Shown here piece by piece: positions 54,793 through 64,000 of a DNA stretch of 64,000 nucleotides (its first letter is position 1; each line of letters begins with the position of its first letter). Where the stretch lies: contig OZ024742.1 of the NCBI GenBank assembly GCA_964016885.1, forward strand, positions 218,798,001 through 218,862,000, given 5' to 3'. Source of the stretch: Eledone cirrhosa (taxonomy: Eukaryota). A program made the position numbers and the translations under genes. The notes beneath the pieces are model-generated. The model was not told the DNA's origin. It did not search any database and saw only the letters and a list, made by a program, of their open reading frames with translations.

Positions 54793-56233
54793 ATGCATAG
54801 AACAATAAAAAACAGTAGTCAGACGTAAACAGTTCTTAAAGCAATGAACTAACTTTCTCCCTACGTCCGACTTCTGTTTTTTTTTTCTTCTATGCACAAA
54901 CACATATATGTAAATGACTGTAACCCGGACGGATTTTGTTCGAGGATGCCTTAGGCGGTGATCATCTACCACAAAAACTACTGGTCACACTACAGAATCT
55001 TGCAGCAACCATCCTGCCAAGGACACAGTGAGTTCTAACAACGTTATCAGCCCCACCACGACCAGGTGAATTACGATATATATATATAAATGTCGAAAAC
55101 TCCTCCACTTCCACCAAGCGTGAACCTAATATAACTGTGTAAAGATTGCCTCCTCTGTTTTGTTTGTTCATTTTTCAACTACACACGCACACACACACAC
55201 ATGTATATATGTACACACACACACACACACACACACATGTATATATATGTACACACACACACACACACATGTATATATGTACACACACACACACACACAC
55301 ACATACACATATATATATATATATATATACAATTCAGAAGGAATTACCAAAGTCGCTACTCAGTTAAAACCATTATTTATTTCGCTCTTTGAACGCTTGC
55401 TTATGTAATAACATAATGAGACGAAGGGACTCACATAATTAATCCATGTTTCCTTCTGAGATTATGAGCAATGTTTATTCAATATAAATAATTAATTAAG
55501 TGATTAATTCATTCATTTTATTAGTACTATATCTCTCGTAATCGAAAAGGTAGTAGAAATAAATGGCTTTAACTGAGTAATGACTTTGGTTATTCATTCT
55601 GAATTTAATATTTATGCTCTATAATTTCCACAGTATCAAACCCAATTGATTAGACTCTGGATTTTGATTCCTCCATGGTTTGGCATAAAAAAACACACTG
55701 AGCTTCAACTCACCTTGGTAAAATACGAGTGGATTTTGCTACTTTCAATTACACTCTTTATATATATATATATATATATGGAACGCCTAAAATTAACAGA
55801 TTGTCTTGCCTCAGAAAAATTTCTATAGAATTTTGACTGAGGAATGTTCTCACAACTGACCAATGGGATGCAAGCGTGTCCTATGACTCCGAAATTCGTT
55901 TGTTCTAACTCATATGATTCCGGTTCCTCAGAGAAATAACAACACAACCAGGAGCTGGACATATCGATGTACTGACGGAGTAAAACACACTTCAACAACA
56001 TGTGTACCTGCCTTTCCCACACCAATTCGGACTGCCTGAATAGGTCATTGCCAATGATGGCTGTCACCGAAATATATATAGCAGTATATCTATAATTTAT
56101 AATAAACGAAGCCAAATTTTACATATTTGACTTAATTATTTTACATTACTCCGGAGTAAACAAACCAACCTGCGTACTTCGTCGAGTGCTCCAATCTGCA
56201 TACTTAGGTGTCGGTAAACAACCAACATATACT

Positions 56234-56327
<94 letters not shown>

Positions 56328-56781
56328 GTACACAAACTTGTTTGAAAAATTGTTTTAATGAAATATGATACGTTCCCTTATGTACAGTTTATTATAATAA
56401 ATTACTGTATTTTGAGTTGATATAACTTCTCCACCTACTCCTTTCCAGTTTTTATATTTGAAAATGAAATTATATATATATATATATATATATGATGATT
56501 TTGGTAAGGTTTATGTACATTTTTTTCTTCTAACTTTGATTTTGTACCTAATTACGTATGGTTAACTATATATCTAGTCAATTTCTACAGGGTATTAGAA
56601 ATATTAGGTAAATTTTTTGTAGCTATAAGTCGCGGATAAAAAGCTATATCATTTATCTATTGTTTCTTCATAATTATGTTTTAAACTTATAGCCTCGTTT
56701 AAATAATTTTTTGTGTGGTTGATCTATGCTGATTGGGAGAAGAAATACTGTATATATTTTATCTGATGATTCTATGGACTT

Positions 56782-56830
<49 letters not shown>

Positions 56831-56943
56831 TATTTGGCAATACACCGTATGTTTAATTAAAAACATTTTGAAAACCTTGCGCTATCATTTTAAAGTAGTG
56901 ACTATGTCACTTACTTCTTTTTGGGGCAAAGGAAGGGAGAGAA

Positions 56944-56984
56944 GCTGACAGATTCTGTTTCACACTGTTGGTGATCCTCAGAGC
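56944..56984 (-). ncRNA. Hammerhead ribozyme (inverted copy)
   Basis: GCT-CTGAGGA-tCAC caaca GTGt-GAAA-CAGaatCTG-TC-AGC. Confidence 0.75.
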
Positions 56985-57296
56985 AACGTACTCCCGGCCT
57001 CTGCCGAAAATTATAGAGGCTGGATTCTTATAGAATTCCAGTAATAATCAGGAACTGATTATATAGAGCGATTGGCGATCCAGCAAAAATTAAAAATTAG
57101 GATTGGTGCTCTGAAATAGTATATTGCCAAATATACTATACATACATTCATGTTTACATCGCTATTTCAGAGCACCAATCCTAATTTTTAATTTTTGCTG
57201 GACCGGCAATCGCTCTGTATAATCAGTTCCTGATTATTACTGGAATTCTATAAGAATCCAGCTTCTATAATTTTCGGCAGCGGTGGGGAGTACGTT

Positions 57297-57337
57297 GCTC
57301 TGAGGAACACCAACAGTGTGAAACAGAATCTGTCAGC
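57297..57337 (+). ncRNA. Minimal hammerhead ribozyme
   Basis: GCT-CTGAGGA-ACAC caaca GTGT-GAAA-CAGaatCTG-TC-AGC, GUC site; stem I only 3 bp. Confidence 0.8.
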
Positions 57338-57500
57338 TTATCTCCCTTCCTTTGCCCCAAAAAGAAGTAAGTGACATAGTCACTACTTTAAAATGATAGC
57401 GCAAGGTCTTCAAAATATTTTAAATTAAACATATGGTATATTGCCAAATATACTATACATACATTCATGTATACATCGCTATTTCAGAGCACCAATCCTA

Positions 57501-57550
<50 letters not shown>

Positions 57551-57678
57551 ATACGTAAATATATATACATATATATAATGGCTGACTGAATATACACGTG
57601 CTTTTTCTCAAAAACTTTTTTCTATTCCTTCTATTTTTCAATCTCTATCTTTTTATTTCATCTTTTATTTCTTATTTA

Positions 57679-57714
57679 TCTTCTGGTGAAAGACAACTGT
57701 CCGAAACGTAGAGA
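57679..57714 (+). ncRNA. Degenerate minimal hammerhead (core CTGGTGA)
   Basis: TCTT-CTGGTGA-aaGACA ac TGTCc-GAAAC-GTA-GAGA; ACGT palindromic stem III; in a ~200-bp island between microsatellites. Confidence 0.5.
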
Positions 57715-57824
57715 CTCTTTTCCTACTATATCAAGTGTTAAACTAATATATTTCTTCGTTGTACTGTGTTGTTTGCTTTGCTGTTTCCGTTCAACTTTTG
57801 CACAGACACACACACGCGCACACA

Positions 57825-57883
<59 letters not shown>

Positions 57884-57909
57884 TCATGCAAACACACACG
57901 CACACATAC

Positions 57910-57959
<50 letters not shown>

Positions 57960-58358
57960 ACGTGTGCGTATAAAGTTTACTTAAGAAGGTTTAAGCTTAT
58001 CTGGTGCACGTAAGGCCACCAGAATGTATGTGAGTCTATATGTGAATGCGAGTTGGTTTACACTAAACAAGACTTTTATTTAAAAAGCAGAAATGGGATT
58101 ATCAAAAGAACCTTTCTTGTGTTATTTGTGTTATTTAAGCAATCCCCCAGATGGCAATAGAACTTACATTCCATTTTTCGGTGTCTTCCGTTTAGTCTGA
58201 ACAACAAGCTTGAGTCACTAATTAGTTTTTCTCGTACAACCTTGCAAGAACAACTAATTGCCTTAATTACACGCTCACATACACACATACACGCGCGCGC
58301 ACGCGCACACACGAACACATACACAAACGTGCGCTCACATACACAAATATATAGACGC

Positions 58359-58425
<67 letters not shown>

Positions 58426-58450
58426 AATATATATATAGATATAGATATAA

Positions 58451-58487
<37 letters not shown>

Positions 58488-58494
58488 GATATAA

Positions 58495-58673
<179 letters not shown>

Positions 58674-59229
58674 TATACATATATGTAAACATATATGTAT
58701 ATATATAAATATATGTGTGTGTGTGTGTGCGCGCGTGTATGTGTGTGTGTGTGTGTAATGTGTGTATTTGTACGTATAATGAGTTATATATTGCATAACT
58801 CCTCGTCCCACACAGATACACATACACATTTCTATATATATGTACATGCACTCAGACACATACTGCCTTATATTTACATACTTATATGTATGAATTCCTT
58901 TGTACTATGTATAGCAAAACCTTTTCCCTCACTACTTCATGATGAAACTTTAATATTGCAAGAAACCTTCTAACCTTAATAGATAAACACTTCTCAACCA
59001 GCCATAAATATAGAAAGCTATTTAACAAATATCATTTTTAAATTGTTACAATTAGATAACATACATGAAAGCATAATATCGAATATATTCGTAAAAATCT
59101 GAAGTCACATGCTCATGCAGAAATACCAACACGTGCTCATTTAAAATACTCTGCAACGCACAAATCGCTATTTAAGAAGCAAGGATTATCTCCCATTATA
59201 CCAAATCTTTACATAACACGTAATCAATG

Positions 59230-59603
59230 ATTGAAAATCATTATTGAAAACTATTATTGAAAACTATTATTGAAAACTATTATCGAAGGGGATGCTTTTC
59301 AATAATGGTTTTCAATAATTGGTTTTCAATAATAGTTTTCAATAATTGTTTCTACTTTAGACACAAGGCCAGCAATTACCCAGTACAATAAAGTACCAGT
59401 AATGTACTGGGTAATTGCTGGCCTTGTGTCTAAAGTAGAAACAATTATTGAAAACTATTATTGAAAACCATTATTGAAACGCCGAGGTTGACTTTGCCTT
59501 TCATCCTTACGGGGTCGATAAAATAAAGTACCAGTAATGTACTGGATAATTGCTGGCCTTGTGCCTAAAGTAGAAACAATTATTGAAAAGCATCCCCTTC
59601 GAT
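59230..59603. repeat. Rearranged SINE 3' ends in inverted and tandem orientation with 12-bp target-like repeats
   Basis: SINE tail inverted at 59340-59386 / 59403-59450, another tail 59480-59585; (TATTATTGAAAAC)n; ATCGAAGGGGATGCTTTTCAATAAT inverted at 59282 and 59580. Confidence 0.75.
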
Positions 59604-60083
59604 GGTTAAGGCAGGTAATGTAAAAAAAGATACCAGGGATAAGAATGCCCCCAAATCTTAAACTCTAAACCTTCAGGCGGTCGTGCCTAAACGGTGCCTC
59701 GAAAAAAACATTTTCAGGGTTCAATTAAAGGAATCAACCCTTTAATCAACACCTAACCTAACAATTGGGCTAATGTAATTGCATGTAAATATAGAAAATG
59801 CAGGCGGGCTTACAAAGAAGGATCCATTGCTGTAGATCACGTTTGACACCAACAAGCCAAAGAAAACAGTGCCAGGAAAAAAACCAGAAAAGAACTCAAC
59901 AACAACTGCCAGGACAAGGATTATTATTATCATCATCATCATCATCAAACTCTTGCAACTGGTGTCCCCATTCTTTGAGTTTCACTCTAGACGTATTGCA
60001 GTCAGCAGTTGCCACTGGCTCATATGCGTGTGTGTATGTATATTTATATACACACATATTCGAAAAAGAAATTTGTGTCCGAG

Positions 60084-60143
<60 letters not shown>

Positions 60144-60298
60144 ATCAGACCTAGCTGTCGAAACGGCCGGAGCTCAGCGGTCGGGGTCCTGACTCTTTTC
60201 CTATTACTCACTCTACTACCCTAAGGATCGAGTACTATGGTGCGTTAAGGTCCACCTGGTTCCTTACCACACTTCCTTTGTTATATATATAAACATAC

Positions 60299-60380
<82 letters not shown>

Positions 60381-60796
60381 TAAACGGACGGTAGTCCGTT
60401 TAGTAATATTGTTGTGGTCGTGTTTTCGTTGGCAATCGTCTGTTTACGACAGTACAGCGCGGCTCTACTTTATTTAACTGAGATAAAACTTATATGAGCA
60501 TGAACAGTAGATCATTACGCATCTTTTGGCTTAAAAATCTAGAAATTTGGTCCAGCGGGAAAAAGTTTATAATCAAAGTTTGCTGATAAATCTTGTGTTC
60601 AAGTGAGTGAGTAGTAAGCGTGACGCTAGGGGAGGTAATCCAGAAATGACGCAGCTTTGTCATTAAGCCAGTTGCCTCAACTAGATTGCAATTATACTCA
60701 AAAGAACTTTAAAATGTCAATCACTTGTCAGTAATTCACTATGATCATTTAATTATTAGATAGTTGTTGCTTGCATTGCCTTAAAAAATAGTAGAT

Positions 60797-61820
60797 CAGA
60801 TAGAAAAATGCGTACAACAAAAAAAAAGTAATATTGTTGGAATATAAACCTTTAAAAATACAGGACAAGAAACTAAAATAAAACTTTAAAAGAATAGGAC
60901 AAGAAACTAAGATAAAACTTTAAAGAATTGGACAAGAAATAAAACATTTTACAACAATATTAGTGGCAACATTTTTTTATTCGTTTCCTGTGCTATGCCC
61001 CAGTATCTTCTTGATTAGTGCATAATAATTGTCATGCTCTCATTGTGTGTTGCCCCTGAGCGGTTGGTTCTGGTTGGGGTTGGTTGGCTGAGCAGTTCTG
61101 CTCCGTCAGAATGACCATTGCAAGAAGAATTGGCCGATGCAGCTGCAGGTCTCCTCCAAGAATGCACTTCTGGTCCCGCAACACCAGACGAAGATGGAGA
61201 AGACGACCGGGACAAGATGTCGACTCTGACCACCGACTACGGCACCTCCCTCAACCACCGGTCCTCCCTCCCTCTGTCCCGTCATCCCTCCAGTCCTCCT
61301 GCTCCCCCTTCCTGTACCAGAAAGCTGTGGCACGCATTCATCTGGATTGCCGGACTTGAACTCAAGGACAAGATGCAAGAAGAAGATGGACGGGTTGGTC
61401 AAGATCAAGGATGAGCGGGACGACAAGACCGTCCGCTGCTGCTCAAGATCTGTGCTCATGGGCCCATGGGTCCATTCACATTATGCATGACACATGAGGC
61501 GTGTCGCCGAATGATGAAATAGGGGTATGGTTATGGCCCATTGGTGTTCAAACCAGGATCAAATGAGCCCCCTCGGTCTGATGACGACCTCTGAATGTGG
61601 AACCGAGAGCCTATGAATGTGGAACTCGATTTTTTACCAATAAAAATTTTGCCACTAATATTATTGTAAAATTTTTTATTTCTTGTCCAATTCTTTAAAG
61701 TTTTATCTTAGTTTCTTGTCCTATTCTTTTAAAGTTTTATTTTAGTTTCTTGTCCTGTATTTTTAAAGGTTTATATTTCAACAATATTACTTTTTTTTTG
61801 CTGTACGCATTTTTCTATCT

Positions 61821-61821
<1 letters not shown>
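60797..61821. repeat. ~185-bp inverted repeats (60797-60980 / 61638-61821) around a GC-rich core
   Basis: Arms contain three ~33-bp subrepeats GGACAAGAAACTAA...; direct reverse-complement match. Confidence 0.85.
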
Positions 61822-61894
<73 letters not shown>

Positions 61895-62209
61895 ATTATT
61901 ATCATCACATCATCATAATATTCTTGCAACTGGTGTACCCAATCTTTGAGTTCCGCTGTAGACGTATTGGAGTCAGCAGTTGCCACTGGCTCATATTTTC
62001 TCGGTGTGAGTGGTGATGATATGGCCATTGGTGGGATTCGAATCTTGAGGTGGAATTTGAATTAAGAATGCAAAAAGCCGGAACAGATACTGCTCTAACA
62101 ATATCGCGAATCCACTAGCCTGGCACTTTATTAACCTAGAAAGGATAAAGATAAAGTGGATCTCGACAGGATTTGAACTCAGAGCAGAGAATCGGAACAA
62201 ATACTAGTA

Positions 62210-62255
<46 letters not shown>

Positions 62256-62266
62256 ATTTCTGGGCA

Positions 62267-62388
62267 TCCACTGATGATTTATAAGTGCCCACCTGCATAT
62301 ATTCCTATAGACTATGTGTAGGCTTCTACAAAACCTGGACATTATTTTCCCAACTTGTAGAAAACTTACAATGAAACGATCGTTTGGA
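62267..62388 (+). ncRNA. Hammerhead ribozyme with long stem II
   Basis: TCCA-CTGATGA-tTTATAAGT...ACTTACAAt-GAAA-CGATCG-TT-TGGA; stem III identical to that of the autonomous element; ~290-bp island between (TA)n tracts. Confidence 0.78.
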
Positions 62389-62546
62389 AAGAGGAATGTA
62401 TTTGATTATGTCTCATATAAAACAATACAACTGGCTATCCACAAAATAAGTATAGTTAGCACCCCAAACGTATAATTGGGATTATACTTAGGTATACCCT
62501 AATGTTTGTTGAGTGAGACGGAAGTCGGGTGGAGTATATTTATATA

Positions 62547-63233
62547 TATATAAGTATGTATACGTACATACATATATGTATACAGACGTACAGTAGTATG
62601 TATATATATATACATACATGCACACATATATATATGTACGTATGGATTCACCGAACATTTATTATAATGCTCGGTGTGTTTGTAAACAAACACACCGAGT
62701 ATTATAATAAATGTTTGGTGAATCCATACGTACATATATATATGTGTGCATGTATGTATATATATATACATACTACTGTACGTCTGTATACATATATGTA
62801 TGTACGTATACATACTTATATTTAAGTAACAGCCGTACTAAGAGTGAGAAATGAAATTTCGTTTCATTTTTTCCGTTTATTGTTTTCGGTACCCCGGCCG
62901 ATTAACTCACTCGATATGCAAATTAGGCGGCTCAGCCGTTAATATGCATAAGGAAAGTATATACTTTCAGACGTTCAATCATCTGGCAGGAAGGTATATG
63001 TTGCTGACGATAGCTAATAAGCTTGAAACTAGTACAGCGTTCCTTTGTCAGGGTTGAACAAATGAGCAATGATGGTTGCTAGACACTGTACGGCTTAATT
63101 CGGGATGTTTGTTTACAAACACACCGAGCATTATAATAAATGTTCGGTGAATCCATACGTACATATATATATGTGTATATATATACATACTAATGTACGT
63201 CTGTATACATATATGTATGTACGTATACATACT

Positions 63234-63237
<4 letters not shown>
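62547..63237 (+). mobile_element. HHR mini-element family A, copy 2 (inverted fragment + ~429-bp unit with ~130-bp terminal direct repeat)
   Basis: 62547-62692 inverted; 62686-62820 repeated at 63115-63237; homologous to 7549-8567. Confidence 0.85.
62998..63040 (+). ncRNA. Minimal type I hammerhead ribozyme (family A)
   Basis: ATGTTG-CTGACGA-tAGC taataa GCTt-GAAA-CTAG-TA-CAGCGT. Confidence 0.85.
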
Positions 63238-63287
<50 letters not shown>

Positions 63288-63359
63288 CATATATAAATAT
63301 ATATACATATATAAATATATATACATATATATATATATATATGAATATACGTCTACATA

Positions 63360-63403
<44 letters not shown>

Positions 63404-63414
63404 ATATATATTTA

Positions 63415-63527
<113 letters not shown>

Positions 63528-63543
63528 GAGCGAGAGAAAGAGA

Positions 63544-63582
<39 letters not shown>

Positions 63583-63707
63583 TATATGTATATATATATA
63601 TATATATATATGATTCCACTTCATTTACTCTCATCTCGGGAATAATTTTGAATAGCGCCAGTTCGTAATTTGAATTCAGGAATTTTATATTCTTCAAATG
63701 AAAAGAT

Positions 63708-63789
63708 CCTTCTGACGAGAGTATTTCTTTGCAACGGATGCCGTAAGGACTCCGTTTATTTTTGAGACTCGAAACCGATTCGGTAAAGG
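63708..63789 (+). ncRNA. Canonical hammerhead ribozyme
   Basis: CCTT-CTGACGA-GAGT...ACTC-GAAA-CCG att CGG-TA-AAGG; GUA site; ~370-bp island between (TA)n tracts. Confidence 0.88.
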
Positions 63790-64000
63790 TAACTATAGTA
63801 AGTAAAGTTAATTTTTTAAAATTTATTTTAAAATTTATTTTGAAACTTTTTCTTATTTGCTAAACCTTGATTATATATGTTCTGGCTCGTTAATTTATTA
63901 ACCTGCCATTGAACCACATTGGCATATGGTTGGACAATACATGTGTCCCTTAGCTCCTTGTGCGTGTAGGAACATATACACTATTATATATATATATATA

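Larger units (their letters stand above)
56826..57502 (+). mobile_element. HHR mini-element: inverted copy + 317-bp unit with 67-bp terminal direct repeat
   Basis: 56826-57119 is the reverse complement of ~57162-57456; 57119-57185 repeated at 57436-57502; (TA)n flanks. Confidence 0.88.

Noticed and set aside
55830-55935. CTGAGGA motifs on both strands
   Set aside because: Could not build consistent stems II and III

Overview
AT-rich, microsatellite-saturated eukaryotic DNA. The SINE repertoire suggests an octopus/cephalopod genome (inference). Almost all listed ORFs are (TA)n/(CA)n translation artefacts. Real content: (1) an intact, very young Penelope-like retroelement (RT + GIY-YIG, Naiad-type motifs, ORF 44623-47064) with 194-bp terminal direct repeats, a ~4.2-kb inverted copy of its own 3' half, and a hammerhead ribozyme (HHR) next to the repeat; (2) about 20 HHR motifs read by eye on both strands, mostly inside several unrelated 300-700-bp non-coding elements that sit in (TA)n tracts and often repeat the autonomous element's layout (inverted partial copy + one unit with terminal redundancy), i.e. 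a candidate retrozyme-like satellite system of the Penelope element, with two related copies circularly permuted; (3) a full-length but frameshifted Rep/Helicase Helitron (18728-25371, minus) and an 863-bp non-autonomous Helitron with the same 3' hairpin; (4) decayed CR1/L2-, R4-, RTE-, CRE-like LINE and hAT fragments, two MITEs, many tRNA-derived SINEs; (5) one probable host coding exon (5188-5733, minus). All folds and alignments were done by eye; ribozyme activity and family names need computational and experimental confirmation.
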